30,531 nucleotides of DNA, from positions 1-30,531 of the forward strand of contig JBBRNJ010000097.1 of the NCBI GenBank assembly GCA_038230375.1. The letters run 5' to 3'. The notes under the pieces are model-generated. The model made no database searches. It worked only from the letters and a program-made list of their open reading frames with translations, and was not told the origin of the DNA. Both the position numbers and the translations under genes were made by a program. Shown piece after piece: positions 18,681-26,501 of the stretch; within the stretch, counting starts at the first letter, position 1, and each line of letters starts with the position of its first letter. Origin of the DNA: Polyangiales bacterium. Its GTDB lineage: Bacteria > Myxococcota_A > Polyangia > Polyangiales > Polyangiaceae.

Positions 18681-19352
18681 ATGCGCATGCTCTCAGACCC
18701 TTCGCGGCTCCTCGCGGGCTCAGCTTTGTTTCTTTCCATCGCGTCTGCAGCGTGCGGGGGCGCACGGTACTCGGACCTCACCTGCATCGACGGGGTGTGC
18801 TCCAGCAACGACGGCACCGATCCCGATGGCGGAACGAGCTCGACGCACGACGGCGGCGGAGGCGATAACACGGACGGCGGGGTGAGCTCGCATCCGGATG
18901 GTGGCGGGATCATCGGCGAGCAGGACTCTGGCGTCGTCGTCACTCCCACGCCATGCAGCCAGGACAAGGAATGCCCGGACGGGCTCTGCAACTGGAAGAC
19001 AAAGGTTTGCTCCGCGCCAGCCGCGGACGGCCATGCGTGCAGCCGCGATCAAGAGTGCGCTGGCGGCACCTGCAACTGGAAGCTCTCGCAGTGCGCGCAG
19101 CCCGCGCCGAACGGTGGCACATGCAGCCGCGACCAGGAGTGCACCGGCAACCTCTGCAACTGGAAGACGTCACAGTGCGCAGACCCGAGTGCCCTCGGCG
19201 CGCCCTGCAGTCGCGATCAAGAGTGCGCCAACAATCTCTGCAACTGGAAGACAAACAAGTGCGCCGACAAGGGCTTCAGCGGAGGCCCGTGCAGCCGCAA
19301 CCAGGAGTGCCAGACCAACGTCTGCGTGACCGCCAGCGGTAAGTGCCAGTAG
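18681..19352 (+). CDS. Secreted lipoprotein with five tandem 28-aa CSRDQEC-x4-CNWK-x3-C repeats
   Basis: ATG at 18681. Lipobox LSIASAAC. Gly/Asp-rich linker. Repeats occupy 18954-19349 (4 full 84-bp units plus one truncated). Confidence 0.8.
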   Translation: MRMLSDPSRLLAGSALFLSIASAACGGARYSDLTCIDGVCSSNDGTDPDGGTSSTHDGGGGDNTDGGVSSHPDGGGIIGEQDSGVVVTPTPCSQDKECPDGLCNWKTKVCSAPAADGHACSRDQECAGGTCNWKLSQCAQPAPNGGTCSRDQECTGNLCNWKTSQCADPSALGAPCSRDQECANNLCNWKTNKCADKGFSGGPCSRNQECQTNVCVTASGKCQ

Positions 19353-19395
19353 CCTCGTGGTCGCTCCCGCACCAACCGTGCTCTCGTGTTCACCG

Positions 19396-19803
19396 ATGTC
19401 GCCACGCTGGATCGCAACGTTCGTCTGTATTGCCCTGTCCGCCTGCGGCGGGAGGATTGCTGATCTCGACAATCCCACGCAGTCGGACGCCGGCTCCCGA
19501 TCCGACGCGACGCCAGCGATCTCGTGCGACAACGTCGTGTTCGCCACCAGCGCCCCAGCCGAAGTGTGTACGAGCACACTCAAGTGTGAAATATCAGGGA
19601 CCCTCCCGGATGGTCGCACCGTGCGCGAGACGTGCACATCCGACGGAGCAAAGGCCACGTGCGCGCTCATCGTGAACGACGTTCAGGTCTGCGCGTGCCC
19701 CGCAGCGCGGATCGACTGGAATTCGGTCTGCGCGAACTCGGTCCCCACCTGCGATGGCTGGTCGATCGACTTCAGCAACAGCACCGCGTGCGCGATGAAG
19801 TAG
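19396..19803 (+). CDS. Small Cys-rich lipoprotein
   Basis: MSPRWIATFVCIALSACGG lipobox, with 10 further Cys in ~115 mature residues. The upstream part of ORF 19357..19803 precedes the signal peptide, so it is not used. Confidence 0.7.
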   Translation: MSPRWIATFVCIALSACGGRIADLDNPTQSDAGSRSDATPAISCDNVVFATSAPAEVCTSTLKCEISGTLPDGRTVRETCTSDGAKATCALIVNDVQVCACPAARIDWNSVCANSVPTCDGWSIDFSNSTACAMK

Positions 19804-19889
19804 TCGCGCGCTGATGACTGCCAAAACGTCGTTCCGAGCACACCGAGCACGAGTGCCATTCTGGACTGTTTGGATGTACCCTCGTTCCC

Positions 19890-20762
19890 ATGGATCCCGC
19901 CCTGGCCCCCATCAACGGCATCTCGCTCGAACGCTACGCGGAGCTCGGCGCGCAGATCGCCGACTTCCACGACAACGCCCAGAAGGTCGCCGAGGTGATG
20001 CAGCGTGAGAACGTGCCGCCGGCAGACTGGGAGGCAGCGAAGACGGGGTGGACCGCGCGCATGCAGGACATGTCGCTCATGGGTCGCGTGGCGATGGCGT
20101 ACATGCCGCTCTACCAGGCAGCCCTCGCAAAGAAGAACGGCGGGCGCGCCAGCGCCACCTACGAGGACTACGTGGCCGTGAGCGCCGCCATCAAGGTCTT
20201 CGGCTTCGAAGCGGCGATGAACGCATGCGGCGTGACCATGGCTCAGTGGACCGAGATCGCCGGCCACTGGAACCAGGAGATGGGCCGCAACATGATGCAG
20301 TACGGCGGCCACCCGAACTACCTCGCGCAGGAGGAGCAACGCATCCGCGCAGGCGGCCAACCCAAGCACATCACCATCACACACAACGCCGGCGACATCC
20401 CGGCAGCGCCCGCGCCGAACGCGAACCCCTATGCGGCCGCAATGGGCGTGCCCGCCGGTACGTACGTTCCGCCCAACGGTGGTCCCATGGCCGCTGCCAT
20501 GGCGAACCCGGCGTACCAGCAGTCCATGCAGAACCAGCAGCAGATCGCCGCGAGCCCGTTCGGCGCGCTGGGCTTCGGGGTGGGCCAGGCGGCTGCGTTC
20601 CTGGGCGGCGGCATCGTGCCGGGCTCGAACGTGGTGGTGATGGGACCCGACGGTAACGGTTATCCCGGGCGTGTCATGCAGACCGGTCCGCAGCAGATGC
20701 TGGTGCAGTTCGGAAACGGCGCGCAGCAGTGGGTGGCCAACACCGCGGTGCGGCAGGCATGA
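19890..20762 (+). CDS. Hypothetical protein: helical N-domain, Q/N/P/A/M-rich low-complexity linker, small C-terminal SH3/Tudor-like beta domain
   Basis: 290-aa ORF with high GC3. C-terminus: GSNVVVMGPDGNGYPGRVMQTGPQQMLVQFGNGAQQWVANTAV. Confidence 0.7.
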   Translation: MDPALAPINGISLERYAELGAQIADFHDNAQKVAEVMQRENVPPADWEAAKTGWTARMQDMSLMGRVAMAYMPLYQAALAKKNGGRASATYEDYVAVSAAIKVFGFEAAMNACGVTMAQWTEIAGHWNQEMGRNMMQYGGHPNYLAQEEQRIRAGGQPKHITITHNAGDIPAAPAPNANPYAAAMGVPAGTYVPPNGGPMAAAMANPAYQQSMQNQQQIAASPFGALGFGVGQAAAFLGGGIVPGSNVVVMGPDGNGYPGRVMQTGPQQMLVQFGNGAQQWVANTAVRQA

Positions 20763-21166
20763 ACGAGGTACAGCGCTGCGCCAGCTGTGGCGCCGGGCTG
20801 ACGCTGGATCAGATGCGCCGCACGGATTGCCCGTACTGCAACGTGGTGTACCCGCACCATGCGCGCGCGGTGGAGCAAGCGGCGCTGGTGAACCAGATCA
20901 TGGCGCAGCAGGGGGGCGGGTTCTACGGGGCGCCGCAGCAACCGCCGCTGACCTACGGCGTCACGCCAGGACCGCCGCAGCTGCCGTTCGCCATGGGGGC
21001 GCCACCGCCGTATGCGCCGTACAACGTTGGCATGATCGGCAACAACGTCGGTGCACAGGTGGATCGCGCGATCTCGCGGTCGCTCATTGGCATCGTCATC
21101 GCGTTCGTGGTGGTCTTCGCGCTGCTCATCGTCGGCGGCGCGGTGGCCTTCTTGCTCGTGCGGTGA
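20759..21166 (+). CDS. Zinc-ribbon (CxxC...CxxC) protein with a Pro/Gln-rich linker and a C-terminal TM helix
   Basis: ATG at 20759 overlaps the upstream stop (ATGA). MNEVQRCASCGAGLTLDQMRRTDCPYCNVVY. TM helix: LIGIVIAFVVVFALLIVGGAVAFLLV. Confidence 0.7.
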   Translation: MNEVQRCASCGAGLTLDQMRRTDCPYCNVVYPHHARAVEQAALVNQIMAQQGGGFYGAPQQPPLTYGVTPGPPQLPFAMGAPPPYAPYNVGMIGNNVGAQVDRAISRSLIGIVIAFVVVFALLIVGGAVAFLLVR

Positions 21167-21206
21167 GCGCTGCTCGCGCGCTGAGCGCTGCTCGTGCGGT
21201 GAGCGC
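21153..21206 (+). repeat. Three tandem 18-bp repeats, TGCTCG(T/C)GCG(G/C)TGAGCGC, spanning the stop codon of the preceding gene
   Basis: Units at 21153-21170, 21171-21188 and 21189-21206. Each carries an in-frame TGA, so the reading is LLVR* ALLAR* ALLVR*. Confidence 0.9.
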
Positions 21207-21224
21207 GACCCAGCATCATCACAA

Positions 21225-21273
21225 CATCAAATCACAAAATGGCTCGAGCGCGGCTGGTCACCCAGTCGCGCCC
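21225..21273 (-). terminator. Candidate intrinsic terminator for a minus-strand transcript of the non-coding island
   Basis: The minus strand reads gggcgcgactgg-GUGA-ccagccgcgctc: 11 pairs, 1 mismatch, GNRA loop (21246-21273). It is followed by gagcc-auuuugugauuugauguugug, which is U-rich and unusual in this GC-rich DNA. There is no comparable U-tract on the plus strand. Confidence 0.3.
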
Positions 21274-23546
21274 GATCGAAGCTGCTTGTCCTTGGGGAGC
21301 ATTCTTAGGTGCTCGTTCCAGCTTTCCAGAGCTGGCCCTTGGACTGTCGTGCAGACCACACACCTATGTGCATGATGCACGCATCCTGCGTTCCGCCCGG
21401 TTACCCCGATCTCCGCCACCCTTTCGCGAGGTAGAAGGAGAGAGAGAAGCGCCGCTGTTCGCCTGCGCCTGCTTCAGCGAGAGATCTCCTTGGTGCACCA
21501 CTCACCGGACGCCTTTTCAGCGCCGAGGATGCTGACCGACCGTGCCCGCTTGTCGCGAGCTTGATCTGCCGTTGCCAAGAACACCCCAGCCTCTCACACT
21601 CGATTGTCGCCCCTGGGTACGCCCGGTGAACCATCTTCACCGACTCGCGGAGTTACTCACCAGAGGACCCACTCCACTTGCGTGGCGAAAGTCGTGATGC
21701 GTGACCCACTTCCCAGAGACCGAAGGTCGCACGACTTCCGCCCTTGTGAGGCGAAGGCCGAGGAGGACCTCGAGCGCGTTCCACCGTGTCGTTTCCGCGT
21801 ACCACGCTTGTTTAAGGCGCAATCCGCGAGAGTCGAAAATTCCAGATCGTTTGGTGATCTAGTACTCGCCTCGTTCACCCTTTCGCCGTCTCTCCACGTG
21901 CAAGCACCGTCCATGGTGCCAACACACGCTTCCTTCGGGCTGATGCTCACTGCTTTTCCCACCGCCGCCGAAGCGACAACAGGGGCCGTGCGCCAAGATG
22001 AATTCGACCGATGTCTGCCAACCGTGACTGCCGTAACGTGTACCCGCATCTCGCGCGCTTCGAGGGGGATGTTGATACGAGCTGCTCTTTCAAGCGACCC
22101 GCCTTGCCTCACCGTGTTTGGGCACGGAGAGACTCGACCCTCGAGAGTATGAAGCGTTTCACGACGCCACACCCGCTTTGGTGCATCCGCAAGCTTTTTG
22201 GGCTTTGCAACGAATGTCACCTCTGTCGCTCCCGTCGTAGACACCCGAGGCCCCCGCTCCCACCCGGACAAAGCTTGCGCTGACCAGAAGAGGCGATTGC
22301 TTGAGTATCCACCGAGGCTACTTCGTCCGTCCCATCCGTGAAGAGGGCCGTCATCCGTAACCCAGAGCGACTTCGATTCGTGAGGACCCTTCCCATGCAC
22401 CCGTCCCAGACGTGTGAGATCTTCCGAGCTCACACCGAGCGAGGCACGCGACCCGATCCTCTCTCGAGAGACCGTGCCGCCGAGTGGCGCTCATGACGCC
22501 ACCCTGGGCCTTGCCTCCATCCAGTGGCCCTTGGCCGCCACTGCCTGGAGTCGTGATGCTTCTTCGACGACTCGAGTGCTGGAGTAAACCCCATCACCGC
22601 GCGCCACCTAGGCTCCCGTTCACTCTCGTCTGCCGCTGTTTTTGCAGCGCGTTCCGAGAACTTATTTGGAGCCGACACCACCCACGAACTTCTGCAACGT
22701 AACCGCGATGTGCGGGCACTACCGCGAGGACGTCCGCACCCGGTAACCCCACCTCCTGTTTAGAAGAAGTAGGAAGCCGCAAGTGGACCGCAATCCACCT
22801 CGAGCTTCGAATTCACCCAGACGCTTTCACGCATGTTCTCTCTTGCGAGAGAGTGAATCCGCCGAGCTCCCACCCGTGATCCCCCCGCGAGCTGCCTGGC
22901 GTTTTTAGTGCCCGACAGAGAACAGAGAGCGAGCAAGAGGCGAGGAGACCGAGAGAGCCGCTCCTTCCGCCCGTCTCACCCCCGAAGGGACAAGACAGAC
23001 TGTCACCGCATGGCAGCAACGGGTTGAAACGCTTCTTGGCTACCTCCTCGGTACCTGTGTCACCGGAGTCCGTCACCGCGAGCAAATGGTTTGCGCGAAG
23101 TGAGTCGAGACCGGCCGAGGTCTACGGTCGTGGGGCGCTCCGCGAAGAGCCACCCTCGTACCGCAGGCCGAGGTACCTTTCACCGTGACAGGCTGGAAGC
23201 TTGGAAGCTTCCAGTAGGCCACCCCTTCACGCTGCCCCGCCGACTCTCCCTCCGGATGACTCGGCGTTTGGAACTGGGCTTTGCGACTGACCCCCCGCGA
23301 TCAAGCTGGGGGTCGGGATGGGCGGGCACCTTTGTGTTCGTTACCGACGCCTGGTTTGGACGACCAAGCGTACGGCTCCGACTCGAGTTCTGCCTTGCGA
23401 CGGTGCGCTTGTTTGACCAAGCGATCCGGCGATTGAGTAGGCGAGACCCGCAGTGCCCCCAACGGTTTCTACTGACGCGACGTCCGCGGAAGAATGTGCC
23501 GCGAACTTCGTGAGGCGGAATATGCGGGATCTCTCTCCCACGCGCA
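21230..23546 (-). ncRNA. Candidate very large (~2.3 kb) unclassified structured RNA, or long 3' UTR of the upstream lipoprotein gene
   Basis: No credible CDS. G+C is 55-65% in hand-counted 60-nt samples, versus >70% in the flanks. Many perfect local hairpins. On the minus strand there are two C(UUCG)G loops, one GCAA loop and one GUGA loop. The end points are taken from promoter-like and terminator-like elements and are very approximate. Confidence 0.3.
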
Positions 23547-23552
23547 ACAAAA

Positions 23553-23582
23553 ATAATTAGCTAAGTGTCGATTTTCTATCAA
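23553..23582 (-). promoter_or_regulatory. Candidate sigma-70-type promoter (TTGATA-N18-AATTAT) in a ~45-bp AT-rich tract, firing into the non-coding island
   Basis: The minus strand reads ...agTTGATAgaaaatcgacacttagctAATTATttttgttgcg. The tract at 23547-23592 is about 30% G+C in a 70% G+C context. Confidence 0.25.
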
Positions 23583-23586
23583 CTAT

Positions 23587-23620
23587 TTGGCAACAGGGTT
23601 TCCACAGGGTTATCCACAGG
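23587..23620. promoter_or_regulatory. Three tandem 11-12-bp direct repeats (ttggcaacaggg / tttccacaggg / ttatccacagg); the third contains a perfect DnaA-box consensus TTATCCACA
   Basis: Direct reading. TTATCCACA is at 23610-23618 and the 7/9 match GTTTCCACA at 23598-23606. The repeats lie immediately upstream of the candidate -35 element on the minus strand. Confidence 0.35.
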
Positions 23621-23679
23621 CACCCGCGAGAAGATACCCGAGCACCGTCGCGCACATCGGAGCTAGACGGTGTCAAATA

Positions 23680-23712
23680 GGGGTAGGGGGGTAGGGTATT
23701 TATGGGTCTGGG
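23680..23712 (+). other. Canonical G-quadruplex-type motif GGGGTAGGGGGGTAGGGTATTTATGGGTCTGGG abutting the stop codon of the 706-aa gene
   Basis: Five G-runs of 3 or more with loops of 2-7 nt. The first 14 nt are identical to 232-245. Confidence 0.5.
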
Positions 23713-25833
23713 TTACTTCACGCCTCCGCCTCCGCAGACCTCGGCGACTCCTCCTCCACCGCAGGTCTGTGGCGCCACGCAGGTTCCGCAATGGAGGATG
23801 CCTCCGCAGCCGTCTCCCGCCGAGCCGCAGTTGAAGCCTTGCTTCTGGCAGGTCGAAGGCACGCAGTTGCCCGGGTTCGGGATGCCGATGTGCTTCAGGT
23901 CCAGGCCTCCGACGCACGAGTACGAGATCGCGTAGTCGTAGCCGTAGAGCGAGATACCGAAGCCCTTGTCGCCGGTCATCGCATGTACGCCGGCCTGGAT
24001 CCGGATCTGCGCCAGTCCGTAGGTTCCGGCGCCGATCGGCGTGAGCGCTGGAATGGGCGCGCCATCGAGCAAGATCTTCGCGCCGATCGGCGCGAGCACG
24101 TCCACGTAGTCGTAGGCGTACGACGCGGGTGTGTAGAACGTGTAGCTCGACAGGTACTGCGCCGTCGGGATGGCGAGGGTCATGTTCGCGTCGCCAATGC
24201 ACTGTGCGCTGCTTGCGCCGCCTGCATATGGACACGCGTTCGTCGTGGGATCCGGGAAGACCGTGGGGTCAAACTTGGTCCCCGACAGCGTGCCCCACGC
24301 TTGCATGTAGTGTGCAACCAATACGGGCTGCGTGGAGTTGAGATCGAAGTTCTCGGCCGTTGCGAACTCGAAGACCTGTCCGGCGGAGAGCGTTGGTATC
24401 ACCGCGATGGCGGGATTCGAGAGGGTCACGATCGTGTTGTCGACGGCCGCGACGACCCTCCAGCGATCGACGTCGGCGGGCGAGCGCTTCATGTACTTCT
24501 CGCACTCGTAGGACTTGCCCCAGGCCGCGGTGGGGTAGAGCTGCACCTCGAAGTGGTCGCCGCCGAGCGCCGTCTGCGGCACGGTGGTCGCGCCGGAGCC
24601 ACCGAACGCCGCCACCGGCTTGTCGGAGCTGATCTGCGCACCGGTGATGTCATCCAGGCTGTTCGCCTCTGCGATCTCCACGACCTGACCTCGGTCCAGG
24701 ATGAGGCTGATGGTGCCTCCCGCGGGCGTGGCGGGAATGGTTCCGTCAAGGGAGGCGCTCGTGGCAACTGGCACCTTCACCTTCACCGTCGTGTTCGGCT
24801 GCGTGCCAATGACGGCCAGGTAGCCCTGTCCTTGCGGCGGCGCCGTGGCGATGCCGGCGTTGTACTGATAGGACACCACGAAGTACGACTGCGAGAGCGT
24901 GTGCGTTGGCAACAGCAGCGCCGCACTTCCGGTGAACGCCTTCGCTGCGTCGATCGGGTTGTAGACATACGCCGCGATCGGCACGTCCGAGCGAAGATGG
25001 AATGCGTTCGCGGACTGGGTTTTCGTGAGCCGGTTCTGCGCGTTCGGCACGGAGAACGTCGCTGCCTTGCCGGGCAACACGGTCTGCGTCTGGATGACGC
25101 CGGCCCCGTCCTCGAGCGTCACCGTCGCGGTGAGGACGGTCGACGTGTTGGATGCAACCACGCCGAGGGGTCCCTGGAAGAAGCCAGCTCCGTCCTCCGT
25201 ATTCCAGAGGTGCGCGGGCCAGAATTCGCAGCCCTGGCTTGAGGTGCCGCTGATGACGACATCGCATGCGTTCGCGCAGTGATCGCCCACGCAGACTTCT
25301 CCAGCGTCGGTCTGGCAGTTGACCGCGCCCTTGCACTGCGGCTTGCAGGCGCCCATGACGCACGTCAGGCCGGGGTTACACGGGTTGCCGCACGCGCCGC
25401 AGTTATCCGAGTCTGCCGAGAGGTTCGCACAGACGGGACCGTCAACGCTGTTGCACGAGACGAACGGTGCGAGGCAGGGCCCGCCGTCCACGCCGGTTCC
25501 ATCGCCACACTGTGACGGCACGCCCGCGCCACCGCAGCTCCACGGCATGGCGCATGAGCCGCACTGGAGGATGTTGCCGCAGCCGTCGCCAACTGCGCCG
25601 CAGTTTGCCTTCAGCGCCTCGCACGACTTCGGGACGCAGCCGGACGACGCTTCGCTCGCTCCATCTCCGCCTCCAAGGAGGTGTCCTCCTCCACCCTCGG
25701 AACCAGGGTCGACGCCTCCGTCGAGATCGCTGCCGCCGCCGAACACGGAGTCCGCCGAGCTGCCGCACGCGACGAAGAACAGCAGGCTCACCATGAGTGA
25801 GCCCACGCCCAGAAGCATCAAGCGCCAGCGCAA
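23713..25833 (-). CDS. Secreted lipoprotein, IgGFc-binding-protein-N-terminal-like central domain flanked by Cys-rich modules
   Basis: TTG at 25833 lies 6 nt after GGGAGG. Lipobox LLFFVAC. The central region includes SSDKPVAAFGGSGATTVPQTALGGDHFEVQLYPTAAWGKSY, which I recall as typical of the IgGFc_binding family. The same C-P-x-x-C...CG...GDGCG-x-IL-x-CG-x-C...CGG module occurs near both termini. Confidence 0.75.
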   Translation of the reverse strand: MRWRLMLLGVGSLMVSLLFFVACGSSADSVFGGGSDLDGGVDPGSEGGGGHLLGGGDGASEASSGCVPKSCEALKANCGAVGDGCGNILQCGSCAMPWSCGGAGVPSQCGDGTGVDGGPCLAPFVSCNSVDGPVCANLSADSDNCGACGNPCNPGLTCVMGACKPQCKGAVNCQTDAGEVCVGDHCANACDVVISGTSSQGCEFWPAHLWNTEDGAGFFQGPLGVVASNTSTVLTATVTLEDGAGVIQTQTVLPGKAATFSVPNAQNRLTKTQSANAFHLRSDVPIAAYVYNPIDAAKAFTGSAALLLPTHTLSQSYFVVSYQYNAGIATAPPQGQGYLAVIGTQPNTTVKVKVPVATSASLDGTIPATPAGGTISLILDRGQVVEIAEANSLDDITGAQISSDKPVAAFGGSGATTVPQTALGGDHFEVQLYPTAAWGKSYECEKYMKRSPADVDRWRVVAAVDNTIVTLSNPAIAVIPTLSAGQVFEFATAENFDLNSTQPVLVAHYMQAWGTLSGTKFDPTVFPDPTTNACPYAGGASSAQCIGDANMTLAIPTAQYLSSYTFYTPASYAYDYVDVLAPIGAKILLDGAPIPALTPIGAGTYGLAQIRIQAGVHAMTGDKGFGISLYGYDYAISYSCVGGLDLKHIGIPNPGNCVPSTCQKQGFNCGSAGDGCGGILHCGTCVAPQTCGGGGVAEVCGGGGVK

Positions 25834-25939
25834 AGCGGCACCTCCCTAACTTGAACTATGCCAGGTGGGAGCGCGAGCGCACGAAACCACTCCGTTTCTG
25901 TCGGCGCAGGTGAGTGTAGAGCGCACGCATCACACACCC

Positions 25940-25969
25940 AAAAAACAGCGTCCAGGGCGGCGCTGTTTT
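25940..25969 (-). terminator. Rho-independent terminator downstream of the sdhCAB-TPR gene string
   Basis: The minus strand reads aaaacagcgcc-gcccu-gg(a)cgcug followed by UUUUUU. GC-rich stem plus a 6-U tract, 11 nt after the TPR gene stop region. Confidence 0.6.
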
Positions 25970-25979
25970 GGTCGCGGCC

Positions 25980-26486
25980 TCAGTCGCCCAGCCGGGGCTC
26001 GCGGGAGTGGGGCGCGGAGATGGCTTCGCGCAGCAGGCGGTCGCTCTGCATCAGGCGCACGCAGCGGTTGTAGCGAAGCACTGGGTCGGCCGCGTTCTTC
26101 GGGCCCAGGGCCTCCGCCTCCTCGTAGTGCTCGAGCGCGTGCTCCAGCGACGTGAGGGCGCCGTGGGCCTCGCCGCGAGAGAGCCGCGCCTTGCCCAGGC
26201 GCTCCCAGGCGATGCCTTCGTGGTACTTGCGCTCGTAGCTGTCCGTGAGCTTGCCGAACACCTTCATGGCCTCGTCGAAGAGCGAGACGCTGTCGGCGAG
26301 GCGGTCGGTGATCGCCAGGCCGAGCGTTTTTTGCGCGGCCTGGTTGCCTGGATCGACCTCGAGGATGTCGTGGCAGATGCTCTCGGCCTCTTCGGGCTGG
26401 TTGAGCGCACGGTAGACGTTCGCCTTCTCCAGCGCCGCGACAAGGTCGTGCCCCTTCAGACTCTTCAACGCGAGTTCATCATGCAT
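25980..26486 (-). CDS. Small helical-repeat (TPR-like) protein
   Basis: 168-aa ORF with high GC3. Helical hairpin repeats (ALEKANVYRALNQPEEAESICHDILEVDPGN...; EGIAWERLGKARLSRGEAHGALTSLEHALEHYEEAEALGP). It starts 15 nt after the sdhB stop. Confidence 0.65.
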   Translation of the reverse strand: MHDELALKSLKGHDLVAALEKANVYRALNQPEEAESICHDILEVDPGNQAAQKTLGLAITDRLADSVSLFDEAMKVFGKLTDSYERKYHEGIAWERLGKARLSRGEAHGALTSLEHALEHYEEAEALGPKNAADPVLRYNRCVRLMQSDRLLREAISAPHSREPRLGD

Positions 26487-26501
26487 GCCCGCCCCCTCTC
26501 C

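Noticed and set aside
21657-22433. 258-aa minus-strand ORF inside the non-coding island (with a GTGA-linked 83-aa ORF upstream)
   Set aside because: Third-position G+C is only ~65% by hand count, below the near-saturated GC3 of real genes here. The composition is odd (S/R/W/T-rich), there is no recognisable domain, and no Shine-Dalgarno sequence was seen. It is kept as an alternative to be tested by blastx.
23547-23620. The chromosomal oriC
   Set aside because: There are only one perfect and one 7/9 DnaA box, no dnaA/dnaN nearby, and the flanking genes are accessory. It is kept only as a possible regulatory site or remnant replicon origin.
21207-23712. Whether the island is rRNA, tRNA, tmRNA, RNase P, a group II intron or a CRISPR array
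   Set aside because: I could not find universally conserved 16S/23S segments, T-arm GGTTCGA-type motifs, a tmRNA tag or acceptor end, RNase P GGUGAAA-type core motifs, a domain-V-like 34-nt hairpin with an RT ORF, or regularly spaced direct repeats.
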